NCBI GenBank assembly: GCA_964016885.1
Contig: OZ024743.1
Coordinates: 318,060,001-318,124,000, forward strand
Direction of reading: 5' to 3'
Origin: Eledone cirrhosa
Taxonomy: Eukaryota
Length of the DNA stretch: 64,000 nucleotides
A program made the translations under genes and the position numbers. Positions 50,916-63,807 of the stretch are shown here, piece by piece. The notes beneath the pieces are model-generated. The model was not told where the DNA came from. It ran no database searches and was given only the letters and a program-made list of their open reading frames with translations. Numbering within the stretch: the stretch's first letter is position 1; the number at the start of each line of letters is the position of its first letter.

Positions 50916-53900
50916 TGTGGTTAGAAAAAGCTATCTCACTTACCGCTTTTCATAGGCGCCGCTAAATTCCACTGCTGGTATCTCCTCTTCCACGTGCGTC
51001 CAGCTGCTTAACACCGGGAGCTGCCAAAACTCGCGTCCACACCGTTGCTGGTCACCACTAGAGAGGGCCATCTGCTGGCCCTTCCGGTCGAGCATCCTTC
51101 CGGCCAAGCACCCTTCCGGTCGAGCACTCCCCCGCTTCCGGCCACCGCACGCCACACCATACCCACACGCCCCCCCTGATCTCAAGGATCAATTTCCCCC
51201 TCGTCCTTCTGCATATGAAAGTCTGCTGTCCAGGTTGGTGGTTTACGACTTCTTTGCGATCTCCGCAGTGTTGGGGCAGCACTTTGGGTTTCCTCTTCCT
51301 CGGAGTCCGTTGACACAGTAATTCTATGGACGTCCAGGACATGACGTGGTACTCCGTCCATGGACACATTGTTCTGGGAATTTATGACCGTCACCGTTCC
51401 CCTTCCCCATTGAGATGTGCAACGTGCATCTGGGGGCTTAACCCAGACTTCTTCGCCCACCTGCACGAATGCACTCTCTCTCCCCACTGGCTGTTGTGGT
51501 GGCGTGCATGGGTGCCGCCACTCGTATCTGGATACTGCTCTGTGTGGCACCGATTCCTCGACCTGTCCCACCCAAGGGGACATGTTGTACCAGAACACTG
51601 CCTCCATTGGTGAGATATGGCCCCGCTCCGCCATTGCCTTGATCGTCCGGTGGTGTCACTCCACAATTCCATTCCCGCTCGGCCTGTGTGTTGCTCTGAA
51701 GAAACGGTCCACCTTCCATCCATCGAGCATCTCCCTCAGCGTCTCCGAGCGGAATGCTGCGCTGTTGTCCCTCAGCAGTTCGTCCACAGGGCCCCACTCC
51801 AAGAACACCTCTCTCAACATCCGCATGATTTCCTCGGCCGTTCCAGTCTTCATCTCCCTCCATATCGCCATCCGTCCTGGTCCACAGTCGACCATCGAGA
51901 GGTACGTTCCCTGTCGGTAGTGTGTTACATCCACCGCCAATTGCTTCCAGTCGTGATCCACCGGGAGGCTTCCCGTTTCGTGTACACCCGGAGCGGGATC
52001 AATGGACTGACATCGGACGCAGCCTCTAACCACCCTTTGAACACTGTGTCTGTTAACGTCCGAGTCGATTCTCCTGGCTAGGAACACGCTCCTATCCACT
52101 CCCATGTGGTGCATGTCATGCAACCCTTTCAGATCCGACTCGGTCAGCTTACACATGGCAGCTATCTCATCTTCTACCTCCTCCGGCGCTTCCATCCAGG
52201 CTTTCTTCACCATAGTTAAGATGTCCACCCTATTTTTCTCTGAGGGCACGAAAACTACGCTCAGCCTCAGGTCGAACTCGGTGGCCAGCTCTCCTAAAGT
52301 TCCCAGGCGGCGCTTTATCAGCATCTCCGCTGCCCCTCTCGTTCGCACTCTCTTCTCACTGGTGAGCACTGATCTCACCCATCCGAGTACAGTAGCCGAG
52401 TCGGTACGTATCTCGATGGTGCGCAGTCCCCACCTCAGAGCGAGGTTCACCCCTCTCAACACTGCATCCAACTCGGCCACATTGATGTGGTTGCAGTCGT
52501 CCTTCTTCCTAAGCCAGGCTGCATCCTCGACCTCAGCACCTCCTATCTCCAACGTGATACCCAGCGCTATGCTGCTGGCATCGCACCATACGATCCCGCT
52601 CTGTGATTTGGGAACATACCAGCGTCCCCGCACTGGGTCGTCGGCCTTCACCCTCCCTACGATCTCCTGCATCATGGCCACCGTCCTCTCTCCCACTCTG
52701 TCACTCCAAGTCACTCCTCCCGCTCGTCTCTTGACATAGCTGCATGCCGTCCGGAGCCACCCAGCAATCGGGTAGTGACCCATCAACTTTCCACGTACCA
52801 AGAAAAGTTCCCGCCTACTCATACTTGGGCCCAGTTCTGGAACTTCATTTCCCCTCTGGAATACCAAGACGCCCGTCCTTTCTCGCCGTAGCCTAAGTCC
52901 CAGCGCGGCTCCTCCCTCCAACGCTTCTGACGGCTTCACAGCCAGTCCATACCCCTGTAAATGGCTCGTGACCTCCGCCGCCGATACCACAGACTCGTCC
53001 ACTAGGATGTCGTCAGTATAGGAGTTAGTGGCCCTCTTCATCTTGTCGGCCTTTCCCAGAATGGTCTTGAGGACCACCGCCATGATTTTCGGTGCGGAGC
53101 TCAGCCCGAAACCGAGCCTGGTCAGGCAATATGTCCAGCCCTTATATCTGACCAGCTGATACTGCCAGAGCTTCTCATCTATATGCAATTGCAAGTCTGC
53201 CAACTTTAGATCTACGATTGCTGAACCCCTCGTCATGCGTCATCCACTCACGCAGGGTTTCCCCACAGACATCCGTGACCTCGCCACCCGTGTGGTATGA
53301 CACATGCTCGTTCAGCTCCCGAAAGTCCAGCACCGGCCTCACCTTGTTCTTCGTGGGTTGCGCCACCGCCATTAACGGCAATACTCCGCACTTCACCTCC
53401 TCTTTCCAGGGAAGCAGTAGGCCCTCCTCAATCCATCTCTCTACCTCTCGCTCGAACTCGCTCCTAATGTTTCCCTTCAATGTGTGTTGATAGCAGCCCA
53501 CTTGGTCTTCAGTGTTGGTGGTTCTCCCTTCCAGTACCACTCAACAACCCATCGCTGCCCATCGAACATGGCCTTGAAGTCTTTGTCCTGCACAGTGTAA
53601 GTGAGGTATTTCTCCTCATGGGCCTTCTGGTTCTCCTGTCGCGCACTCACAGCGCATACCGATGCAGCGACGCCAAACGACACACCAACGTTGTTCACTG
53701 TGACGCCTCCTAGACGGCCAATTGCGTCCATGCCCATAACTACACTGATCCCATCCACCACGCTGTCTACTACAATGGCAGAAAACCTTATTTTCCTTCC
53801 CCGTACCGCTATTTCCATCTCGCTGCGACCTCGGCATTCAATTTTTCTGCCGTCGACTGCCCTTACGCTGCTCTTCCCTCTCCACCTCTGCGCCACCCCC

Positions 53901-55106
53901 GCGGTCACCAGTGTCGTCATACAGCCTGTGTCCACGAGGGCTCGCTGTGGCTTTCCCCTCACGAAGACTTCCACCACGGGCAGCGCCTCTACTCGTAAAG
54001 GGCAACTGGCAACTACTGGCGCAGTAGTTCCCCTTGGATCGTTTCTCTGGTCGCAGTTAGTAGCGATGTGGCCTGGTTGCTTACACCGGTAGCATATTAT
54101 TTCCGGCCTTGACTCTCTGCAGTCTCTAGCCATGTGCGGGCCCTGGCACCTAAAACAGCGACCTCTAAACGTTCGCGGGCGACCGCGTGCCGTGGTTGCC
54201 TCCCTTTCACCATTTCGCTGCCAGCTGTCTTGAGCCTCTGTAGTTGCTATCGCCGCAACACTCTTTTTGGCATCTTCTGCTATGATCCGGGCTTGTTCCA
54301 CCAGTGAACGCATTTCCATTTCTTTGTAACCCAGGACTTGCTGCAGTTTCACTGCTATGTCGTCTGGAAATCCATTTATTAACGCCAACCGCACCGTGCG
54401 TTCGCATTCCACCTGATATCCAGCCAACATAGCCAATCGCCGTATTTCCGCTGCGAAAATGTCGACACGCTCACCGTTCCATCTAATTCTTGCCAGCTTA
54501 GCGAAAGCGGCTAACGGTCCCTCTGCGAATGCTTCTATCATGCGCATCTCTTTGGCTGTGTTCGTCCAACTCAAGGAAGAGTACCAACGCGTCCCCGTCG
54601 AGGTACAGTGCCATGAGGCCAGCCACATCTATCTTCTGCAAGCTTGCGACCAGCCGGACTTTTCGCAGCCAAGCGACAACATCACCTTCCCCGGTAAATG
54701 CCCTGATAGCTTCGCTTGTTCGTAGTCTTATCGTCATCTTCTAATTTGTCTTGCAGTACGTGATAAAAAAAAAAAACAGACTCCTCTCTGTTTTTCCAGT
54801 AGCTTTTTTTAAATTTTTTTTTTAATCAGATCTGTTTCCAGTGCCGAAATAGCTTGTGGTTAGAAAAAGCTATCTCATTTACTGCTTTTCATAGGCGCCG
54901 CTAAATTCCACTGCTGGTATCTCCCCTTCCACGTGCGTCCAGCTGCTTAACACCGGGAGCTGCCAAAACTCGCATCCACACCGTTGCTGGTCACCACTAG
55001 AGAGGGCCATCTGCTGGCCCTTCCGGTCGAGCATCCTTCCGGCCAAGCACCCTTCCAGTCGAGCACTCCCCCACTTCCGGCCACCGCACACCACACCATA
55101 CCCACA
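50916..55106 (-). mobile_element. Ty3/gypsy LTR retrotransposon, full length (4191 bp), frameshifted
   Basis: 252-bp TG..CA LTRs at 50916-51167 and 54855-55106; 5-bp TSD GTAAT; G-rich PPT next to the 3' LTR; Gag with two CCHC knuckles, protease LVDTG, RT (LDFRELN, LGFGLSSAP, YTDD), RNase H (CDAS), integrase (HHCC, D-D-E) in PR-RT-RH-IN order. Confidence 0.95.
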
Positions 55107-55434
55107 GTAATGATTGGCCATGAGTTTGCAGCTGGGAAATTGCTTTCCAAGGCACAAATCTGGACAAGGTGTTTTGTGAAAGACCAACAGTTTCCCAGGT
55201 ATGCCACCAATATTGTCCAAGGGATAGGCAAAAGCTGATATCACTTGGTTCCTGTGTCATACCAAATCATTTTTTTTCCAACTGAGTGGATTGGAGCAAT
55301 GTGAAATAAAGTGTCTTGCTCAAGGATATTACATTCTGCTCAATCCTAGAGTCAAACTCTTAACCTTACTATTGTGACCAGTTTACTTGAACCACTAAGC
55401 CATGTGGTTTCACAAAGATATGATATTCTCTTTG

Positions 55435-55655
55435 CTGGGTGAAGAAGTGCCAGAAAATCCCAGTGGAAGGAAATTGCAGTAGAGGTAAACTAAGGAAGAC
55501 CTGAGCAGAGGTGGTGAGAGCTGATCTCAAATCATTGAGACTCACAAAAGAGATAATGAAGGAACGCAGCAATTAGAGAGATGCTGTGCTGAAAAGGACC
55601 CATCCAACACATACAAGCATGGAAAAATGGATGTAAAAACAATGATGATAATGAT
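55435..55655 (+). mobile_element. RTE subfamily C 3' fragment
   Basis: WVKKCQKIPVEG..VVRADL, then CATGGAAAAATGGATGTAAAA-(TGA)n. Confidence 0.75.
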
Positions 55656-55979
55656 ACTAAAGATGTTGCACCTTTAATTTATTCATTATGTACTAACAAC
55701 ACTAATGAAGTATCTATCTATTCACTACCTGCACATTGTACAAGTTCACTTCTCAGATGCTACCAAACAGTTGTGCTTTGTTGCCTGATTCTTATTAGAC
55801 TTTTTCAATACTAACCCAGTTTGCAAATTTTAAATACTTGTAGCAGATATTCAATAAATTCTGTACTTAGGTCTCACTCCACCACTGGATTATAGATTTG
55901 CTTTTCTGATATCTACTGTTCTGAGTTCAATCCCACATTGTTTTTCCTTCCCTCAGAGTTGATTAGAAAATTATAATAA

Positions 55980-56197
55980 TTGTTTCTACTTTAGGCATAA
56001 AGTCAGCAATTTGAAGCGAAGGGGAAAGTCGATTAAATCGACCCCCGGTGCAATACTAGAACTTTATTTCATTAACCCCATAAGGATGAAAAGAAAAGTT
56101 AATCATGGTAGGATTTGAACTCAGAACATAAAAGACCATAACTATATGCCACAAAGCATGTTGTCCGGTGCTCTACCAGTACTGTCAATCCACTGTC
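55980..56197 (-). mobile_element. tRNA-derived SINE (family 1), diverged
   Basis: TGTTTCTACTTTAGGCA..AGGATGAAA..GGATTTGAACTCAGAA..CAATCCACTG. Confidence 0.75.
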
Positions 56198-57557
56198 CTA
56201 GATAATTATAATAATGTACTGAGATTTTAAGCAACAACAACCTCCACTTTATTAGAAAGAGACTCTTGTGCTTTGTCAAAATAAATCTTTATTGTTGGGC
56301 CTTTATCTGTTATAATAATGTGTGTCCTATTGTTCAATCACAGGAGAAGCCTGCTCATGAAATTACATGAAGGTTACTCAGTGCCCTACATACACGTGCA
56401 CTCATAATATGGTTCTCAGGGACATTCAGCATGACACAATGTGTGACAAGGTCCTAATTGTTGCTCGCTAAGTGGTCTAGAACGATGTGAAATAAAGTGT
56501 CTTGCCCAAGAACACAACATGTGGCAGGAATTAAACTCACAGCTTTACAATCATAAACCGAACATCTTAACTACTAAACCATGCATCTCCACAAATCATC
56601 TCTATTTTACTAAAAACATAATATATCAAGTCATGCTCTCTCTATAATACTTAATATTTGTTGGTCATTTCATTGTTATGTCACTCAATTATGAATATTG
56701 TTTGCACTTAATACTAAACTTTGTCCTTTTTATCAAACCTTTTCTAAAGAATTACATTTAATATTGGATGACTTGCTGATATATATTGACATATATCAAT
56801 CATCGTTTTTACGTCTGCTTTAAAGTATATTACAGTTATTCAACAAAACAGACAGGGTTACAGACATTTCAAGAAAATATACAATTTTGTACAATATTTA
56901 TATTGTGTTGTGTGTAAAACTATAGCTATATAAATTAAAAGCTTCCATATTTATTTAACTTTTAACATCCTGTAATGATTTAGCAGAAAATATCTAAAAA
57001 CAGGTTTGTTATTTCAAATGTTTATAGTATATTTACTAGTGGACAGATCGTTGTGAAAATGTTCAGTAAACTAAAAACTATAATTTGTAATGTGATGCAG
57101 TCATAGTGCTGTTTTGTATTTTTCAAGAATGTCTTATTAATAAAGTTTCATGTAATGCAAGATGTTTTGGGTTAACTCTTTTGTTACTGTATTTCTAAGA
57201 AAATAAACGACCCATGTCTATTGAAGAATTACTTGAGATAATTAACCTTTTAATTAATAAGCTGATATTTGAAACATGACTTAACAAAAATTTCTTAGCT
57301 AAAATTATGATGGAAGGTTTTAATATAAGTATGAAGATTTAAAAATGAGTAGTTGTGTATCATAAATCCAGGTGTGGTTTCAGGTGGGTTGGATCAAATG
57401 GGTTAAAGATTATAATGGTTAATTTATTTCTAAAAACTTGGAAACCTTTAAATTTGAACCACTCCCTCATTAAGAAATATAATTAACACATCGTTATGTT
57501 GTTTTCTATATATGTTATTTATATGTTAAATTATAATTATTGATTTTATATTTACAG

Positions 57558-57643
57558 ATGTTATTTCAACTCCTGAAGAATATGAAAAAGAATTGGATGA
57601 TATGTTGGCTCAAGTTCAAAAAGATCATAACAGTGTATCTTAG
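57558..57643 (+). CDS. PPP1R37: PPP1R37-like terminal coding exon
   Basis: tttacag|ATGTTA...TCTTAG; phase 1 gives DVISTPEEYEKELDDMLAQVQKDHNSVS*. Possible AATAAA near 58418. Confidence 0.65.
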
Positions 57644-57899
57644 TAATAACGGTAATTGTATAGGATCTTTTCAATTTAATACATTAGGAAAGTTTTACCA
57701 AACTAGTGCATATATATATATATAAGTTTTCGCCATATTTTTTACTAAAGAAGTTTTAGCCTGATATATGTCAATACTCATCTTTTTCCATTTCTTAGAG
57801 CGTTCTAAACCCACTATCAGCCAAAAATTTCTTTAGTCAAAAATACCGTGAAAACTTCTATTTCTGTTTTCAAACATACTTACTTTACTGTGTATATAC

Positions 57900-57932
<33 letters not shown>

Positions 57933-59384
57933 CTCATGTACAAATTAGGTCTCCTATACAACCCCCGCCCCCTCCCAAAAAGGACTTTTCTATGTTCTTC
58001 ATTTACAAATCTACCCTAGTTCTACTGATTAGTATTTGGGAATCAAGATGTTTCTTCTTCTCCATCCACTTATTCCTGAGAGGGTTGTGGGGGGAGAGTC
58101 CCCAAACACTCCTTCCAGCGGGTCCTGTCAGAAGCAACTGTCTCCAGTTACTCAGGGTCTACCCCTGGGTCTCCTGCTGGCTGGCTTTGCCCTAAAATCT
58201 GTTCAGATCAAAGTATTGTCCTGAATATAAATGTTATGATGAAGAAATTTTGTATTGAATAATATACAACATTATATTCTGATGTACCCAAATGGAAATA
58301 ATTATAAGGGCTATGCAGCCTTATGTGTGTGTTTTGTTAGTAGAAAGTATGTTTTAATGCATAAAAACATTGGTATTATTACTGTAGCTCATTGTTTTGC
58401 TTTTTTAATTCATTTAGAATAAATAAAGTGAAGGCATGTATGTGACTTGGTGGTTAGAGGTAAAAAAAAAAAAGTACCAGTCTTGTACTGGGGGTCAATT
58501 CTTCTTCTATATCTCTTTCTCACTTCCTTTCTCTCACTTTCTATTCTTCTCTGAAAGAAATCTACTGCATTCAAACCTAGAGACGGGATGGGGTCTGCCA
58601 GGTTTAAAAATGCCCTAGAAACATTGTATGTCAATACGGCACCACTATGATTCCCCCAGGGGTTACAGGATCATGCATGCATTGTAGAACAGTTTTAGGT
58701 AATTTAGTATCAAAAGGTTTAACAGAAGAAAAACTAACTTGGATTTATTTTGTTGCTTTTAAACCAAAAACCATAAAAAGAAGAAAAGAAAAAGTGCAAA
58801 GCAACTTTCTCACTAATTTAGAAAAGTTAATTAGAAATGTAATTAGAAAGATGTCAGGGAGAAAATGAAACAAAAAGCTGCTGCATTCCTGAGTTATGTT
58901 TCCTACAAAGTAAGAGACCATAATATACACCAATTCAGCTAACAACCCTAATAGGTCCCCTTCAACTATTCAAGTACTCTTGACATTTCTCATAACCTTT
59001 ATTATATCACCTCCTTTTCAACTCCTCTAACCTTTTACTTATTACTTTACATTCACATGGAAATACAGGAATTCTTATTTAGACACTGTGTATCACCATA
59101 TATATATATATATGTTAAATCTCATATAAGCCATACAGTCATGGAAAATAGACATAAAACAACAATGGTGGTGGTGGTGGTGTTGATGATGGTGATGATG
59201 GTGGTGGTGGTTGATGATGATGGAGGTGGCAGTGGTGATGATCATGATGATGGTGGTGATGATACACTGTAATACATTAGTTCGCATATACACTGTAATA
59301 TGTGATGTATTATATAAACAGTGTAATATATATGTCAATATACACACAGTGAGGAGGTAGTGTCAGAGTCATGATAAAGTACTC

Positions 59385-62300
59385 CCAGTATATGCTGTAA
59401 GGTGGTTGGCATTAGGAATGGCATCCAGCCATAGAAACCATGCTCCCAATATATATACAGTGGTTGGTATTATGAAGGGCATCCAGACCTAGAAACCATG
59501 TCCTCAGTATACGTTGTAAAGTCGTTGGTGTTAGGAAGAGCAGCCAGCTGTAGAAACCATACTCCCAGTACACACTGTAACGAGGTTGGTGTTAGGAAGG
59601 GCATCCAACTATAGAAACCATGCTCCCAATACACACTGTAAAGTGGTTGGTGTTAGGAAGGGCATCCAACCATAGAAACCATGCTCCCAATACACACTGT
59701 AAAGTGGTTGGTGTTAGGAAGGGCATCCAACTATAGAAACCATGCTCCCAGTACACACTGTAACGAGGTTGGTGTTAGGAAGGGCATCCAACTATAGAAA
59801 CCATGCTCCCAATACACACTGTAAAGTGGTTGGTGTTAGGAAGGGCATCCAACTATAGAAACCATGCTCCCAGTGCACACTGTAACGTGGTTGGTGTTAG
59901 GAAGGGCATCCAACTATAGAAACCATGCTCCCAGTACACACTGTAACGAGGTTGGTGTTAGGAAGGGCATCCAACTATAGAAACCATGCTCCCAATACAC
60001 ACTGTAAAGTGGTTGGTGTTAGGAAGGGCATCCAACTATAGAAACCATGCTCCCAGTGCACACTGTAACGTGGTTGGTGTTAGGAAGGGCATCCAACTAT
60101 AGAAACCATGCTCCCAGTACACACTGTAACGTGGTTGGTGTTAGGAAGGGCATCCAACCATAGAAACCATGCTCCCAGTGCACACTGTAACGTGGTTGGT
60201 GTTAGGAAGGGCATCCAACCATAGAAACCATGCTCCCAGTGCACACTGTAACGTGGTTGGTGTTAGGAAGGGCATCCAACTATAGAAACCATGCTCCCAG
60301 TGCACACTGTAACGAAGTTGGTGTTAGGAAGGGCATCCAACTATAGAAACCATACTCCCAGTACACACTGTAACGTGGTTGGTGTTAGGAAGGGCATCCA
60401 ACCATAGAAACCATGCTCCCAGTGCACACTGTAACGAGGTTGGTGTTAGGAAGGGCATCCAACCATAGAAACCATGCTCCCAGTACACACTGTAACGTGG
60501 TTGGTGTTAGGAAGGGCATCCAACTATAGAAACCATGCTCCCAGTGCACACTGTAACGTGGTTGGTGTTAGGAAGGGCATCCAACTATAGAAACCATGCT
60601 CCCAGTACACACTGTAAAGTGGTTGGTGTTAGGAAGGGCATCCAACCATAGAAACCATGCTCCCAGTGCACACTGTAACGTGGTTGGTGTTAGGAAGGGC
60701 ATCCAACCATAGAAACCATGCTCCCAGTGCACACTGTAACGTGGTTGGTGTTAGGAAGGGCATCCAACCATAGAAACCATGCTCCCAGTACACACTGCAA
60801 CGAGGTTGGTGTTAGGAAGGGCATCCAACCATAGAAACCATGCTCCCAGTGCACACTGTAACGTGGTTGGTGTTAGGAAGGGCATCCAACTATAGAAACC
60901 ATGCTCCCAGTGCACACTGTAACGTGGTTGGTGTTAGGAAGGGCATCCAACCATAGAAACCATGCTCCCAGTGCACACTGTAACGTGGTTGGTGTTAGGA
61001 AGGGCATCCAACCATAGAAACCATGCTCCCAGTGCACACTGTAACGTGGTTGGTGTTACGAAGGGCATCCAACCATAGAAACCATGCTCCCAGTGCACAC
61101 TGTAACGTGGTTGGTGTTAGGAAGGGCATCCAACCATAGAAACCATGCTCCCAGTGCACACTGTAACGTGGTTGGTGTTAGGAAGGGCATCCAACCATAG
61201 AAACCATGCTCCCAGTGCACACTGTAACGTGGTTGGTGTTAGGAAGGGCATCCAACCATAGAAACCATGCTCCCAGTGCACACTGTAACGTGGTTGGTGT
61301 TAGGAAGGGCATCCAACCATAGAAACCATGCTCCCAGTGCACACTGTAACGTGGTTGGTGTTAGGAAGGGCATCCAACCATAGAAACCATGCTCCCAGTG
61401 CACACTGTAAAGTGGTTGGTGTTAGGAAGGGCATCCAACCATAGAAACCATGCTCCCAGTGCACACTGTAACGTGGTTGGTGTTAGGAAGGGCATCCAAC
61501 CATAGAAACCATGCTCCCAGTGCACACTGTAAAGTGGTTGGTGTTAGGAAGGGCATCCAACCATAGAAACCATGCTCCCAGTGCACACTGTAACGTGGTT
61601 GGTGTTAGGAAGGGCATCCAACCATAGAAACCATGCTCCCAGTGCACACTGTAACGTGGTTGGTGTTAGGAAGGGCATCCAACCATAGAAACCATGCTCC
61701 CAGTGCACACTGTAACGTGGTTGGTGTTAGGAAGGGCATCCAACCATAGAAACCATGCTCCCAGTGCACACTGTAACGTGGTTGGTGTTAGGAAGGGCAT
61801 CCAACCATAGAAACCATGCTCCCAGTGCACACTGTAAAGTGGTTGGTGTTAGGAAGGGCATCCAACCATAGAAACCATGCTCCCAGTGCACACTGTAACG
61901 TGGTTGGTGTTAGGAAGGGCATCCAACCATAGAAACCATGCTCCCAGTGCACACTGTAACGTGGTTGGTGTTAGGAAGGGCATCCAACCATAGAAACCAT
62001 GCTCCCAGTGCACACTGTAACGTGGTTGGTGTTAGGAAGGGCATCCAACCATAGAAACCATGCTCCCAGTGCACACTGTAACGTGGTTGGTGTTAGGAAG
62101 GGCATCCAACCATAGAAACCATGCTCCCAGTGCACACTGTAACGTGGTTGGTGTTAGGAAGGGCATCCAACCATAGAAACCATGCTCCCAGTGCACACTG
62201 TAACGTGGTTGGTGTTAGGAAGGGCATCCAACCATAGAAACCATGCTCCCAGTGCACACTGTAACGTGGTTGGTGTTAGGAAGGGCATCCAACCATAGAA

Positions 62301-63807
62301 ACCATGCTCCCAGTGCACACTGTAACGTGGTTGGTGTTAGGAAGGGCATCCAACTATAGAAACCATGCTCCTAGTGCACACTGTAAAGTGGTTGGTGTTA
62401 GGAAGGGCATCCAACTATAGAAACCATGCTCCCAGTGCACACTGTAACGTGGTTGGTGTTAGGAAGGGCATCCAACCATAGAAACCATGCTCCCAGTGCA
62501 CACTGTAAAGTGGTTGGTGTTAGGAAGGGCATCCAACTATAGAAACCATGCTCCCAGTGCACACTGTAAAGTGGTTGGTGTTAGGAAGGGCATCCAACTA
62601 TAGAAACCATGCTCCCAGTGCACACTGTAACGTGGTTGGTGTTAGGAAGGGCATCCAACCATAGAAACCATGCTCCCAGTGCACACTGTAACGTGGTTGG
62701 TGTTAGGAAGGGCATCCAACTATAGAAACCATGCTCCCAGTGCACACTGTAAAGTGGTTGGTGTTAGGAAGGGCATCCAACTATAGAAACCATGCTCCCA
62801 GTGCACACTGTAACGTGGTTGGTGTTAGGAAGGGCATCCAACCATAGAAACCATGCTCCCAGTGCACACTGTAAAGTGGTTGGTGTTAGGAAGGGCATCC
62901 AACTATAGAAACCATGCTCCCAGTGCACACTGTAACGTGGTTGGTGTTAGGAAGGGCATCCAACCATAGAAACCATGCTCCCAGTGCACACTGTAAAGTG
63001 GTTGGTGTTAGGAAGGGCATCCAACTATAGAAACCATGCTCCCAGTGCACACTGTAACGTGGTTGGTGTTAGGAAGGGCATCCAACCATAGAAACCATGC
63101 TCCCAGTGCACACTGTAAAGTGGTTGGTGTTAGGAAGGGCATCCAACTATAGAAACCATGCTCCCAGTGCACACTGTAACGTGGTTGGTGTTAGGAAGGG
63201 CATCCAACCATAGAAACCATGCTCCCAGTGCACACTGTAAAGTGGTTGGTGTTAGGAAGGGCATCCAACTATAGAAACCATGCTCCCAGTGCACACTGTA
63301 ACGTGGTTGGTGTTAGGAAGGGCATCCAACTATAGAAACCATGCTCCCAGTGCACACTGTAACGTGGTTGGTGTTAGGAAGGGCATCCAACCATAGAAAC
63401 CATGCTCCCAGTGCACACTGTAACGTGGTTGGTGTTAGGAAGGGCATCCAACCATAGAAACCATGCTCCCAGTGCACACTGTAACGTGGTTGGTGTTAGG
63501 AAGGGCATCCAACCATAGAAACCATGCTCCCAGTACACACTGTAACGTGGTTGGTGTTAGGAAGGGCATCCAACCATAGAAACCATGCTCCCAGTGCACA
63601 CTGTAACGTGGTTGGTGTTAGGAAGGGCATCCAACCATAGAAACCATGCTCCCAGTGCACACTGTAACGTGGTTGGTGTTAGGAAGGGCATCCAACCATA
63701 GAAACCATGCTCCCAGTGCACACTGTAACGTAGTTGGTGTTAGGAAGGGCATCCAACCATAGAAACCATGCTCCCAGTACACACTGTAACGTGGTTGGTG
63801 TTAGGAA
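59385..63807 (+). repeat. 61-bp satellite, ~72 copies, derived from the RTE/SINE 3' UTR
   Basis: Unit CCATGCTCCCAGTGCACACTGTAACGTGGTTGGTGTTAGGAAGGGCATCCAACCATAGAAA; core matches RTE UTR at 564-614. Confidence 0.97.

Larger units (their letters stand above)
13558..57643 (+). other. PPP1R37: PPP1R37/LRRC68-like gene (protein phosphatase 1 regulatory subunit 37), 12 coding exons, 5' part missing
   Basis: Exons with compatible phases splice into one ORF containing KHCEALEEVFRRVQF, ALFDMIEYYDS..LNMSFNKDIGIRGWQA, LHYLDAR, LHLENTS, LLKFN..LQLLDLRNN, LVLWNNQITH, LETLNLGNN, GLMALSLALKVNQSL. Motif order matches vertebrate PPP1R37 as recalled. The RVxF-containing N-terminus was not found. Confidence 0.9.

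Noticed and set aside
59385-63807. Telomeric array or CRISPR (contains GTTAGG)
   Set aside because: One TTAGG per 61-bp unit, inherited from the RTE UTR; no spacers; non-satellite sequence resumes at 63808.
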